This document shows, in pieces, positions 7,845-17,295 of a stretch of DNA of 60,321 bases; the stretch's first letter is position 1, and every line of letters starts with the position of its first letter. The notes beneath the pieces were generated by a model. It was not told where the DNA came from and searched no databases. It was given only the letters and a program-made list of their open reading frames with translations. The translations under genes and the position numbers were made by a program. Origin of the DNA: a virus (lineage: Duplodnaviria > Caudoviricetes); the IMG/VR virus record IMGVR_UViG_3300025154_001315, positions 1 through 60,321 of that record. One strand, written 5' to 3'.

Positions 7845-8165
7845 ATGCCCAGGCGTCTCCCGAAGCACGAAGTCGTCGAGTCCGAAGAGCCCGAGATCGT
7901 CACCGAGAACCCAACCGGCTTCTTCAAGGCCCCCAAGGCGCGGACGGTGATCCACGTCCGTACGCACGTCACCACGCAGATCGGCGCGTTCGGCAGCAGC
8001 CTGGACGCCAGCAAGAACAACCTCAAGATGGAGCTGCGCCCCGACCTGGGCGGCGTGCTGGTCTGCGCCAACTTCAACGGCAAGGAGCGCGAGTTCCTGG
8101 TCCCCTTCTCCATCATCGCCCACGCCGAGCTGGCGGTCGAGGTCGTCGACGTCGAGAAGGAGTAG
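7845..8165 (+). CDS. Hypothetical protein
   Basis: RBS within the repeat; typical codon usage. Confidence 0.75.
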   Translation: MPRRLPKHEVVESEEPEIVTENPTGFFKAPKARTVIHVRTHVTTQIGAFGSSLDASKNNLKMELRPDLGGVLVCANFNGKEREFLVPFSIIAHAELAVEVVDVEKE

Positions 8166-8193
8166 CCCCTCCCCGCCCGCAAGGAGCACGAAG

Positions 8194-8694
8194 ATGGTTG
8201 GAAAGCTCACCAGTCCGAAGCGGGTCCTGTCCCTCAAGCGGAGGGAGATCGCCCTCGCCCTCCGCTTGCAGGGCTACACCTACCACGAAATCGGCAAGCG
8301 GCTCAAGATCAGCCACGTCTCCGCGTGGCAGCACGTCAAGTCGGCGATGGAGGAGCACCGCAAGGCCCTGGCGGAGGACGTGGAGCAGGTCCGCGACATG
8401 GAGGTCAACCGCCTCGACGGGATGCTGGAGAAGCTCTACCCCCGCCGCAAGGACCCGCGCACGGCGGACACCATCCTGCGCTTGATGGACCGGCGCTCCA
8501 AGCTCCTGGGCCTGGACGTGCCGAATAAGGTGGACGTCAACGTCACCGGCCTGGAGAAGCTCAGCGATGAAGAACTCGTCAAGAAGGCCGAAGCCGTCTT
8601 CCGGCGCTCTGCCCGCAAGTCTGCAGAAGAAGCTGAGCGATCTGGAGAGGGCTCAGTTGATCCTGACGATTCGGGAGGCGCAGAAGAGGCATAG
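8194..8694 (+). CDS. terS: Terminase small subunit (HTH)
   Basis: LRLQGYTYHEIGKRL HTH; RRSKLLGLD motif; upstream of TerL. Confidence 0.75.
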   Translation: MVGKLTSPKRVLSLKRREIALALRLQGYTYHEIGKRLKISHVSAWQHVKSAMEEHRKALAEDVEQVRDMEVNRLDGMLEKLYPRRKDPRTADTILRLMDRRSKLLGLDVPNKVDVNVTGLEKLSDEELVKKAEAVFRRSARKSAEEAERSGEGSVDPDDSGGAEEA

Positions 8695-10105
8695 GCCATC
8701 GTTCCTCGACCTAGACTTCACCGCGCAGACCCGCTTCCTCAACGACACTTCCCCGCTCAAGGTGGGTCTCTGCACCCGCCGAGCGGGGAAGTCTTTTGGG
8801 ATGGGGCTGGGGCTGCTCCGGGCGGCGTACTACACCCCCGGCTGCAACTGCCTCTACGTCGCCCTGACACGCGACTCCGCCAAGAAGATCATGTGGAAGG
8901 ACGTGCTCAAGGTCATCGACAAGGAGGAGGGGCTGAACTGCAAGTTCCACGAGAACGACCTGACCTGCACCCTCCCCGACCCCATCAACAGCGTCATCTA
9001 CCTGCTGGGCGCCGACAGCAGCGAGAAGGAGAAGGCCAAGATGCTTGGCCAGAAGTATCGGCGCATCGTCATCGACGAGGCGAGCCAGTACTCCATCAAC
9101 CTGGAGGAGCTCGTCTACGGCACGCTCAAGCCCAGCGTGGCCGACTACCGTGGCGACATCTACCTCATCGGCACCCCCAGCGATATCCACAAGGGCCTCT
9201 ACTACGAGCTGACGCAGGGCCAGGACCCGACCACGCCGCACACCTGGAAGGCGAAGGGTTGGTCTGGGCACGCCTGGAGCGCCTTCCACAATCCGTACAT
9301 GGCGGAGAAGTGGCAGGCCGAGATCGACGACCTGAAGCTGGCGAACCCGCTCATCGACGAGACGCCCCTCTTCCAGCAGAACTACTACGGGCGTTGGTGC
9401 ATCAACGAGAGCGCCCTGGTGTACCGCTTCAACCGGGAGAGGAACCTGTGGTCTGGCGCCCTCCCCAAGTACGACAAGGGTGACTGGCACTTCATCCTTG
9501 GGGTGGACCTCGGCTACAACGACCCCTCCGCCTTCAGCCTCTGCGCCTACCACGACAACGACCCCTGCCTCTACGTGGTCTACTGCGAAGCCAAGGCGAA
9601 GATGGACATCACCGAGGTGGCGGAGCGCATCCGCATCTACCAATACCGCGTCCAGCACGAGTTCAAGCAGACGATCGAGGCGATGGTGGTGGACGGCAGC
9701 AACAAGCAGGCCGTGGAGGAGATGCGCCGCCGCCACGACCTGCCGGTTCAGGCCACCATGAAGACGGGCAAGTCCGACTTCATCGAGCTGATGAACGGCG
9801 ACTTCATCATGGGGAAGATCAAGGTCCACGAGACGCAGGCATACGACCTGACCGTGGAGTACGGCAGCCTCATCTGGAACGAGCACAGCATCAAGCGTGA
9901 GGAGCACCCCGCTTGCCCCAATCACTGTACTGACGCTACCCTGTATGCGTGGCGCAAGTGCTATCAGTATCTGAGCACGAAGCCGCAGAGCGCCCCCAAG
10001 CCCGGCACCAAGGAGTGGTTTGACGCGGAGGCGGCGGAGATGGAAGCGATGGAGCTCGCCCGTCTTGAGGAAGAGAAGGTCATGGAAAGGGACTGGTCAT
10101 GGTGA
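8567..10105 (+). CDS. terL: Terminase large subunit
   Basis: Walker A RRAGKS, Walker B IVIDEA, GTP motif, nuclease GVDLG and HCTDA; start uncertain. Confidence 0.9.
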   Translation: MKNSSRRPKPSSGALPASLQKKLSDLERAQLILTIREAQKRHRPSFLDLDFTAQTRFLNDTSPLKVGLCTRRAGKSFGMGLGLLRAAYYTPGCNCLYVALTRDSAKKIMWKDVLKVIDKEEGLNCKFHENDLTCTLPDPINSVIYLLGADSSEKEKAKMLGQKYRRIVIDEASQYSINLEELVYGTLKPSVADYRGDIYLIGTPSDIHKGLYYELTQGQDPTTPHTWKAKGWSGHAWSAFHNPYMAEKWQAEIDDLKLANPLIDETPLFQQNYYGRWCINESALVYRFNRERNLWSGALPKYDKGDWHFILGVDLGYNDPSAFSLCAYHDNDPCLYVVYCEAKAKMDITEVAERIRIYQYRVQHEFKQTIEAMVVDGSNKQAVEEMRRRHDLPVQATMKTGKSDFIELMNGDFIMGKIKVHETQAYDLTVEYGSLIWNEHSIKREEHPACPNHCTDATLYAWRKCYQYLSTKPQSAPKPGTKEWFDAEAAEMEAMELARLEEEKVMERDWSW

Positions 10106-10392
10106 AGAAGACGAAGCGCGAGGTGGCCGACGACCTGGAGCGTCTGCTCAAGCTGGCCCTGAAGCACAAGGCGCGGCGCCTGCGCTGCGGTGAGCTGGAA
10201 GTGGAGCTCGACCCGTCCGCGTTCGCGCCCCTCCCCACGCCCGCCAATCCGGACGACGTGGTCAAGGCCCTGGAGGCCGCGCGCAAGGAAGTCACCTGTC
10301 GCTGCGGCCACCCCTACGACGAGCACAACGAGATGGGCTGCCTCCACGGCTGCCCCCTGGGGACCTGTGCCCCTGAGAAAGAGGAAAGCTGA
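10099..10392 (+). CDS. Hypothetical protein with C-terminal Cys/His cluster
   Basis: Coupled between TerL and portal. Confidence 0.7.
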   Translation: MVKKTKREVADDLERLLKLALKHKARRLRCGELEVELDPSAFAPLPTPANPDDVVKALEAARKEVTCRCGHPYDEHNEMGCLHGCPLGTCAPEKEES

Positions 10393-12335
10393 TGGACTTC
10401 CGCGACTTCCACGTCAAGGGCGAGAAGCGCCCGAACAAGGAGCTCGAGGCGCGACCCCGCTGGTGGCTGGAGGAGGAGAACCTCAAGATCGCACAGTCGG
10501 TGAGCGCTGCCCTGGAGGTCATCAGCAAGGACCAGAACGAGCGGCTGAAGCAGTACCTCATCAGCACGCGGCTGTACGGCAACCTGGGCGTGAGCGGGCC
10601 CAGCGGAACCAGCTTCAGCAAGCTCAGCTCCACGCACCCGGTTCTCAAGGACAAGATCAGCTACAACGTGGTGCAGAGCGCGGTGGACACCATCGTCAGC
10701 AAGACCACGAAGAACCGCCCCAAGCCCCTGGCCCTCACCAACGGCGGCAGCTACAAGGAGCAGCGCAAGGCCAAGAAGCTGAACCGCTTCACGGAGGGCG
10801 TGTTCTACGAGCAGAAGGCGTACGAGAAGGGCGAAGTACAGATGCTGGACGGCTGCATCTGGGGCGACGGCCCCATGCACGTCTACGCTACCGACGAGGA
10901 CCGGGTGGGCTGGGAGCGCGTCCTCCCCCACGAGCTGTGGGTGGACAAGCTGGAGGCCTTCTACGGCGAGCCGCGCAACCTGCACCGCTGCAAGGACGTC
11001 GACCGGGAGGTGGCCTCCGCGTTCGTGACCAAGCTGCACAAGGGCAGCCCCAAGCTGCTCAAGGAGCTGCTGAAGGCCGTGGCCCAGGCCCCCGCCGCCC
11101 GCCCGGACGCTCACGGCACCTACGGCACCGTGAGCGACCTCATCACCATCCGGGAGTCGTGGCACCTCCCCAGCGGAAAGGACACCGGCGACGGCAGGCA
11201 CGTCCTCACCATCGAGGGGGCGACGCTCTTCGCGGAGGAGTGGAAGCGGCGGAGGTTCCCCTTCACCAAGTTCACGTGGTCGCGGCGGCGGCACGGGTAC
11301 TGGGGGCAGGGCTTGGCGGAGCAGCTCCAGCCCATCCAGCTCGAAGTCAACAAGCTGATGACCATCATCCAGCGGAGCTTTCACCTGGGAGGCACCTTCA
11401 AGGTCCTGCTGGAGAACGGGAGCAAGATCGTCAAGGAGCACCTGAACAACGACGTCGGCGCCCTGGTGATGTACAGCGGGACCAAGCCCGACTACATCGT
11501 CCCCCCGCTGGTCCCGCCGGAGATCTACCGGCACCTCCAGACCCTCCGCGATGCGGCGTACGAGCAGGCGGGCATCAGCCAACTCAGCGCGAGCAGCCAG
11601 CTTCCGCAGGGCGTGGAGTCGGGCAAGGCGATGCGGACCCTGAACAACATCGAGTCTGAGCGCTTCATCAGCATCGGCCACGCCTACGAGCGCTTCTACA
11701 TGGACGCGGCGGCGCTGAGCATCGAGACGGCCAAGGAGATCGCGGCTCGACACAAGGGCCACTACATGGTGAAGGTGCCGGGGCGAGTCTACTTCGAGGA
11801 CCTGGACTGGAGCGACGTCGATCTCGAGGAGGACTGCTTCGTCATGCAGGTGATGCCCATCAGCTCCCTGCCCAACGACCCAGCCGGGCGACTGGAGACG
11901 GTGCAGGAGTACATCCAGGCAGGCTTCTTCACCCCGCGCCAGGGAAAGAAGCTGATGGACTTCCCGGACCTGGAGGCGGCGGAGGGCTTGCAGGCCGCCA
12001 GCGAGGACTATCTCACCAAGATCCTGGACCTGATCCTGGACGAGGGAGTCTACACCCCGCCCGACCAGTTCGACGACCTGGAGCTCGGCCGCGTGATGGC
12101 GCTGGAGTACTACCAGCGCGGCAAGGCTAGCGATCTGGAGGAGGAGAAGCTGGAGATGCTCATCCGGTTCGTCGGCCAGATCGACGCGCGCAAGGCCGCT
12201 GCCCAGAAGCAGCTCCAGGAGCAGCAGACCGCGCAGCAGATGCAGCAGGCCCAGGCGGGGGTGCAGCCCCAGGCGGAGCCCGAGCCCCCGCCCACCAGCG
12301 ACATCATCCCCAACGTGCCGGGGATGCAGCAGTAG
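10392..12335 (+). CDS. Portal protein
   Basis: 647 aa, follows TerL, Gln-rich C-terminus; assigned by synteny. Confidence 0.8.
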   Translation: MDFRDFHVKGEKRPNKELEARPRWWLEEENLKIAQSVSAALEVISKDQNERLKQYLISTRLYGNLGVSGPSGTSFSKLSSTHPVLKDKISYNVVQSAVDTIVSKTTKNRPKPLALTNGGSYKEQRKAKKLNRFTEGVFYEQKAYEKGEVQMLDGCIWGDGPMHVYATDEDRVGWERVLPHELWVDKLEAFYGEPRNLHRCKDVDREVASAFVTKLHKGSPKLLKELLKAVAQAPAARPDAHGTYGTVSDLITIRESWHLPSGKDTGDGRHVLTIEGATLFAEEWKRRRFPFTKFTWSRRRHGYWGQGLAEQLQPIQLEVNKLMTIIQRSFHLGGTFKVLLENGSKIVKEHLNNDVGALVMYSGTKPDYIVPPLVPPEIYRHLQTLRDAAYEQAGISQLSASSQLPQGVESGKAMRTLNNIESERFISIGHAYERFYMDAAALSIETAKEIAARHKGHYMVKVPGRVYFEDLDWSDVDLEEDCFVMQVMPISSLPNDPAGRLETVQEYIQAGFFTPRQGKKLMDFPDLEAAEGLQAASEDYLTKILDLILDEGVYTPPDQFDDLELGRVMALEYYQRGKASDLEEEKLEMLIRFVGQIDARKAAAQKQLQEQQTAQQMQQAQAGVQPQAEPEPPPTSDIIPNVPGMQQ

Positions 12336-12368
12336 TTCTCGCAGCTCACCCGTAGCAAGGAGTAGATC

Positions 12369-13322
12369 ATGCCCGAGGCAACCCCAGTCGCCCCCGTCGT
12401 CGAAGCCCCGAAGGTCGAAGCCCCGAAGACCGAGCCGGTCAAGACCGAAGCCCCGCCCGTCGCCGCTCCTCCCCCCGCCGCTCCCGCCAAGGACGACGCG
12501 GCGGAGCGCATCGCCAAGGCGTTCGGCGCCATGAGCAAGAAGGAGAAGCAGCTCGTGGAGGAGAGCCGCAAGCTCAGCGCCGAGCGCGCGGAGCTGGCCA
12601 AGGACCGCGAGGCGGTGGCGGCGCACAAGGCCGCGCTCGCCGCCGCCAAGGCCAAGCCCCTGGAGGCGCTGGCCGCCCTGGGTCTCAGCTACGACGAGCT
12701 GACGAACGTCATCGCCAACAACAACCAGCTCACCCCGGAGCTGAGGACCAAGGCGGAGATCGAGGAGGCGAAGGACCTCGCACGCAAGGCGGCGGCGGAC
12801 CTTGAGGAGATGAAGAAGGAGAACGCCACGGCGGCCGAGCGGGCCAAGGAGGCGCGGAAGCAGGCGGCGCAGCAGCAGTTCCAGGCGCAGTATGACCGCT
12901 GGGTGGCGGGCACGGTTGCATTCGTCAAGGCGAATGCAGTACAGTATGAACTGACGAACCTCAACGATGCCCAGGGCGAAGTGCCCAAGCTCATCGAGGC
13001 GGTTCACAAGAAGACGGGCAACCTGCTGACGAAGGAAGAAGCCGCAGAGCGCATCGAGGCGTACTTCGTCGAGCGGGTTGAGAAGTCGGTGGCCAGCGAG
13101 AAGTGGAAGCGCCTGCAAGCGGAGAAAGCAGCCAAGGCCACGCCCCCGGCCGCCAAGAAGGGGGAAGAGAAGCCGGTCGAAGCGAAGCGGCCTACCCTGA
13201 ACAACGACCTCACCGCAACCACCAAAGTCCCCGTGCCGAAGAAGAACGAGACGCGGGAAGAGACGATGGCCAGGGTGAAGGCTGCATTCGAAGCGGCGAA
13301 GGCCAAGAACACTCCGGCCTAG
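12369..13322 (+). CDS. Capsid scaffolding protein
   Basis: Ala/Glu/Lys coiled coil between portal and capsid. Confidence 0.7.
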   Translation: MPEATPVAPVVEAPKVEAPKTEPVKTEAPPVAAPPPAAPAKDDAAERIAKAFGAMSKKEKQLVEESRKLSAERAELAKDREAVAAHKAALAAAKAKPLEALAALGLSYDELTNVIANNNQLTPELRTKAEIEEAKDLARKAAADLEEMKKENATAAERAKEARKQAAQQQFQAQYDRWVAGTVAFVKANAVQYELTNLNDAQGEVPKLIEAVHKKTGNLLTKEEAAERIEAYFVERVEKSVASEKWKRLQAEKAAKATPPAAKKGEEKPVEAKRPTLNNDLTATTKVPVPKKNETREETMARVKAAFEAAKAKNTPA

Positions 13323-13370
13323 TACCTCCCCCGCAGTGCTGCCGCCAAGCGGCAGGAAGGACAAAGGATC

Positions 13371-14606
13371 ATGGCGAATCTCGACCTGACCGCGATGTCG
13401 GCGGCTCTCAAGGAGTACTACCACGGCCAGAAGGTCACCGACCTGACCTTCAAGAAGAACCCCACCCTGGCCCTGCTCAAGAAGGACACCAAGGCGGGCG
13501 GCGAGGTCATCCCCGTCCCCGTGATGTACGGCAAGAGCCAGGGGCGCAGCGGCGACTTCGCCACGGCGCAGGCCAACCAGACCGCTCCGGTGCTGGCGAA
13601 GTTCATGCTCACCCGCAAGAGCGACTACTCGCTCGCCACCATCGACAACCAGACCCTGGAGGCCACGCAGAACGACGTGGAGGCCTTCATCAAGGCGAGC
13701 GAGCTGCACATCGACGCCGCCTACCACACCATCGTCGCGTCGGCGGCCAGCGGCATCTTTCGCGCGGGCACCGGCACCATCGGCCAGATCCACGCGGACT
13801 GGACCGACGGCAACGACGGCGTCTTCGAGCTGGCGGAGGCCGTGCAGGCGCTCCAGTTCGAGGTCGGCATGGCCATCACCGCCTCCAGCGGCGACGGCAG
13901 CGGCACGGTGCGCGCGGGCGTGGGCTACGTCCTCGCGGTGAACGTCGCCAGCGGCAGCATCACCGTGAGCACCACTCGCGGCGGCGCCGCGGGCGAGCCG
14001 ACGGCCTGGGCCGCCCTGGACTACCTCCAGGTCCAGGGCGACTACAACGCCAAGATCAGCGGGTTCGGCGCGTGGCTGCCCATCGTCCGCACCGGCCTCG
14101 CCACGAGCTTCTACGGCGTGAACCGGAGCCTGCACGAGCGGCGGCTGGCGGGCGTGTACCACGACGGCAGCGCCCAGTCCATCGAGGAGGCCGCGATCGA
14201 CCTCTCGAACTACACGGCGGAGAACGGCGGCAGCGGCAGCAAGCTCATCACCAACTACCGCTCCTACGGCGCGCTGAAGAAGGCCCTGGGCTCGAAGGTC
14301 CAGTACGTGGACCTGGAGACCGAGGTCGGCATCGGCTTCCGCGGGATCCGCATCAGCGGCGACGACGGCGAGATCGACGTCATCCCGGACCGCAACTGCC
14401 CCGCGCGCCTGGGCTACCTGCTCGACATGGACACGTGGTGCCTGCGCTCCGTGGGCGAGGTGCCGCACATCATCACCTACGGCAAGGAAGGGCTGGAGAT
14501 GCTCCGCGTCTCCAACCAGGACGCCGCCGAGGTCCGTATCGCGTACTACGCGAATCTCGAGTGCAACGATCCCGGCGCCAACGGCGTGGTCCAGTTCGGG
14601 GCCTAG
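13371..14606 (+). CDS. Major capsid protein
   Basis: 411 aa, strongly biased codons, follows scaffold, followed by a hairpin. Confidence 0.8.
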   Translation: MANLDLTAMSAALKEYYHGQKVTDLTFKKNPTLALLKKDTKAGGEVIPVPVMYGKSQGRSGDFATAQANQTAPVLAKFMLTRKSDYSLATIDNQTLEATQNDVEAFIKASELHIDAAYHTIVASAASGIFRAGTGTIGQIHADWTDGNDGVFELAEAVQALQFEVGMAITASSGDGSGTVRAGVGYVLAVNVASGSITVSTTRGGAAGEPTAWAALDYLQVQGDYNAKISGFGAWLPIVRTGLATSFYGVNRSLHERRLAGVYHDGSAQSIEEAAIDLSNYTAENGGSGSKLITNYRSYGALKKALGSKVQYVDLETEVGIGFRGIRISGDDGEIDVIPDRNCPARLGYLLDMDTWCLRSVGEVPHIITYGKEGLEMLRVSNQDAAEVRIAYYANLECNDPGANGVVQFGA

Positions 14607-14627
14607 TCGCCAGCGCGCAGTGAACTA

Positions 14628-14663
14628 GGGGGAGCCCGACCCATCGGGCTCCCCCGCCCTTTT
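14628..14663 (+). terminator. Terminator after the capsid gene
   Basis: GGGGAGCCCGA..TCGGGCTCCCC followed by a T run. Confidence 0.6.
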
Positions 14664-14673
14664 CGGAGGAATC

Positions 14674-15120
14674 ATGGCTTACGCACTCCCCACGGTGGCG
14701 GCGGTCTCCAACGGAGGCAGCAACCCCACCGCGAAGATCCCCTTCAACGTCGTCCTCACCGTCACCAGCACCGGCACGGTCGGCATCAAGATCCGGCGGG
14801 TCGTCTGCTCGCAGATCAGCGGGCCGGGCGTCACCATCGGCAACCCGGACCTGAACAGCGGCAGCTCCAGCGAGGACAGCGGCGGCGCCAGCGCCGACCG
14901 CACCCTCCCCACCGGCCTGAGCCACGCGGGGACCAACCAGCCGAGCACGAGCGGCTACCGGGCCAACGCGGGCAGCAGCGCGGCCACGGCGCTCACCGTG
15001 CCGTGCGTGGGCCTGAGGGCTGGGGCCGTGGTGCTCAAGTTCATCGTGATCGTGACCCGCGACGACGACGACACCGAGGTCATGGTCATCTGCGCCGACG
15101 AGTCCATCACCGTCGAGTAG
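14674..15120 (+). CDS. Putative virion protein
   Basis: GGAGG RBS; beta-rich; structural operon. Confidence 0.65.
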   Translation: MAYALPTVAAVSNGGSNPTAKIPFNVVLTVTSTGTVGIKIRRVVCSQISGPGVTIGNPDLNSGSSSEDSGGASADRTLPTGLSHAGTNQPSTSGYRANAGSSAATALTVPCVGLRAGAVVLKFIVIVTRDDDDTEVMVICADESITVE

Positions 15121-15223
15121 TACCCTGGGAATGGCGGGGCGTAGGGCCCCGCCACCCCGGTCCACATCAGGGGCGATCACTGGACCGTAACCAACTCCGC
15201 CCTCAGCACTGAAGGAGATACAG

Positions 15224-15613
15224 ATGAACCGAATGCTCACGCAGTTCCGCTACAGCTTCTACAAGAAGCTCGTCGACATCTTCGGCGAGGTCGCCATCGG
15301 GGCCAGCGGCGCTCCCACCCTCACCACCGCCAACAGCAAGGGCATCGCCAGCATCTCGCGAACCTCGGCGGGCCTGTACGTGCTCACGCTGAGCGAGGCG
15401 GTCAACAAGATCCTCGACCTGCATGTGATGTTCCTGGACGCCACCGACACGACCTGCCCGCAGGTCAAGATCGTGTCGCGCACGACCAGCGTCATCACCT
15501 TCCTGTGCCTGGGCCCCACCGACACTGCCGACACGGCGCTCACGGCCACGGACCCGGCCGACGGCGACACGATGCTGATCCACCTCATCGTGAACGACAC
15601 CTCGGCGATCTAG
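15224..15613 (+). CDS. Putative virion (decoration-like) protein
   Basis: AAGGAG RBS; structural operon. Confidence 0.65.
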   Translation: MNRMLTQFRYSFYKKLVDIFGEVAIGASGAPTLTTANSKGIASISRTSAGLYVLTLSEAVNKILDLHVMFLDATDTTCPQVKIVSRTTSVITFLCLGPTDTADTALTATDPADGDTMLIHLIVNDTSAI

Positions 15614-15625
15614 GAGACCTGACTC

Positions 15626-16009
15626 ATGGCGACCACGGCAACCATCACGCTCTCCGCGGACAAGGTCGTCCCCGGCGAAAAGTTCTCGGTGAGCCTGACG
15701 CTCGCCAAGGACGTCGCGTACGAGGTCATCTCCATCACCCCCACCGCCACCGACGAGTGCCTCCTGGGCGTGCCGGACCTCCGGTCGCGCACCTGGACGG
15801 CCATCGTCCGCAGCAACCCCAAGGAGGCCACCTACACGTTCGGCGCGCGCCTGCTGCTGAGCGACGGCACCATCGTCGTCGCCACGGGCGCGAACCTGCT
15901 GTGCCTCGGAAGCGACGACCTCTCCGCCAGCCGCTCAAACCAGGGTGGCGAAGTCGGAGAGCTGCTGTTCAACCAACTCGCGGACAGCGGCCTCGTGGCC
16001 GCGTTCTAG
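15626..16009 (+). CDS. Putative virion protein
   Basis: AGGAG RBS. Confidence 0.65.
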   Translation: MATTATITLSADKVVPGEKFSVSLTLAKDVAYEVISITPTATDECLLGVPDLRSRTWTAIVRSNPKEATYTFGARLLLSDGTIVVATGANLLCLGSDDLSASRSNQGGEVGELLFNQLADSGLVAAF

Positions 16010-16018
16010 GAGCCGATC

Positions 16019-17008
16019 ATGCCCAACACCACCCTCAGCGTCAAGAACTCGGCGGGAGCCGCCCAGTCCCTCAGCGGCGTCGAAGACGCCGGCAACAGCA
16101 GCGCCATCGTCACCAAGCACCTCCCCGTCGACTCCGACGGCACGGTGCTCTTCACCGAGGCGGCGGCGTCCGCTGACGCCGTGGCCAACCCCACGCTGGG
16201 CTCCATCCAGGGGCTCGCCAAGGTGTTCAACGGCACCACCTGGGACCGGGCCCGCTCCGGCACGTCGGACGACGGCGTGGCCGATGCCACTCACATCCTC
16301 GGGTCGCTGAAGGCCATCACCAAGGTCTTCAACGCCACCACCTGGGACCGGCTCCGGTCCGCGCTCACGGGCGATGCCGTGTCCGAGGCCAACGCCATCC
16401 TCGGGTCCATCAAGACCGTCAACAAGATCTTCAACGGCACGACCTGGGACCGACTCCGCTCGGCCCCCGGCACCGTCGGTGTCCTCGCTGCGAACAACGA
16501 GGGAACCAAGGCCACCTACGCCACGGGCGCAACGCAGATCACGCCCGATGCGACCCCGACCGACGTGGTGGAGATCGTCGGTAGCGCCACGAAGACGGTT
16601 CGCATCAAGAAGATCATCTTCCAGGGCAACGCAACCACGGCCAAGCAGTGGCCCGTTCAGATCATCCGCAGGGCCGAGGCCATCACCGACGGCACCGCCG
16701 TCGTTCCCGTCGTCACGCAGTTCGACACGGGCGACGACGCGCCGACGGCGGTGGTCAACCACTACACCGGCGATCCCACCCCCAAGGCCGCCAGCCCGGC
16801 GAGCAGCGTTCTGTTCGCCACCGACGTGACGTTCACCGCTCCTGCCACCGCCGCCGCACCACTGGTGCTGGACTTCAGCCGCAACCAGGACAAGCCCATC
16901 ATCTTGCGCGGAGCGGCGGACTGCCTCGTCATCAACCTCGGCGGCGGGGCCCTGGTGGCCGGCGAGAAGTTTTCGTACAGCGTGGAGTGGGAGGAGGACG
17001 CGAGCTAG
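16019..17008 (+). CDS. Putative virion protein with three ~35 aa FN(G/A)TTWDRxRS repeats
   Basis: Internal repeats visible at protein and DNA level (~16200-16460). Confidence 0.7.
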   Translation: MPNTTLSVKNSAGAAQSLSGVEDAGNSSAIVTKHLPVDSDGTVLFTEAAASADAVANPTLGSIQGLAKVFNGTTWDRARSGTSDDGVADATHILGSLKAITKVFNATTWDRLRSALTGDAVSEANAILGSIKTVNKIFNGTTWDRLRSAPGTVGVLAANNEGTKATYATGATQITPDATPTDVVEIVGSATKTVRIKKIIFQGNATTAKQWPVQIIRRAEAITDGTAVVPVVTQFDTGDDAPTAVVNHYTGDPTPKAASPASSVLFATDVTFTAPATAAAPLVLDFSRNQDKPIILRGAADCLVINLGGGALVAGEKFSYSVEWEEDAS

Positions 17009-17010
17009 TC

Positions 17011-17235
17011 ATGGCGACCGGAATCGCAGAGATGCTCGCCGCGAAGGAACCGGAGGTTCCTGAGGGCGAGGAGGCGATGGGCGAAGACATGGGCCTGGAG
17101 GCAGCCGCCGACGAGCTCATCAAGGGGATGCACGCGCGCGATCCGAAGATGGTGGTGAGCGCGCTGCGGAACGCCTTCGCCATCATGGGCAGCGAACCGC
17201 CGGAGGAAGCAGGCGGCATGGGCCTGGAAGAGTAG
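17011..17235 (+). CDS. Small acidic protein
   Basis: GGAGG upstream; followed by a hairpin at ~17247-17277. Confidence 0.65.
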   Translation: MATGIAEMLAAKEPEVPEGEEAMGEDMGLEAAADELIKGMHARDPKMVVSALRNAFAIMGSEPPEEAGGMGLEE

Positions 17236-17295
17236 CGTGGTCCTTGCGGCCCCCCGGAGAAAGGCTCCGGGGGGCCGTTGAGTTTGGAGGAGTGA

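Larger units (their letters stand above)
6906..7847 (+). repeat. Four copies of TCACCCCGCAGTCCTAG plus RBS, one before each small gene
   Basis: Copies at ~6906, 7164, 7539, 7819; degenerate copy at ~35700. Confidence 0.9.

Noticed and set aside
6906-7847. CRISPR array
   Set aside because: The 'spacers' are 250-370 bp whole genes and the repeat contains an RBS; there is no cas operon
10314-14468. 1384 aa minus-strand ORF and similar long antisense ORFs (e.g. 21169-23220, 23096-25180, 45003-47030)
   Set aside because: High-GC codon-bias shadows opposite well-supported genes
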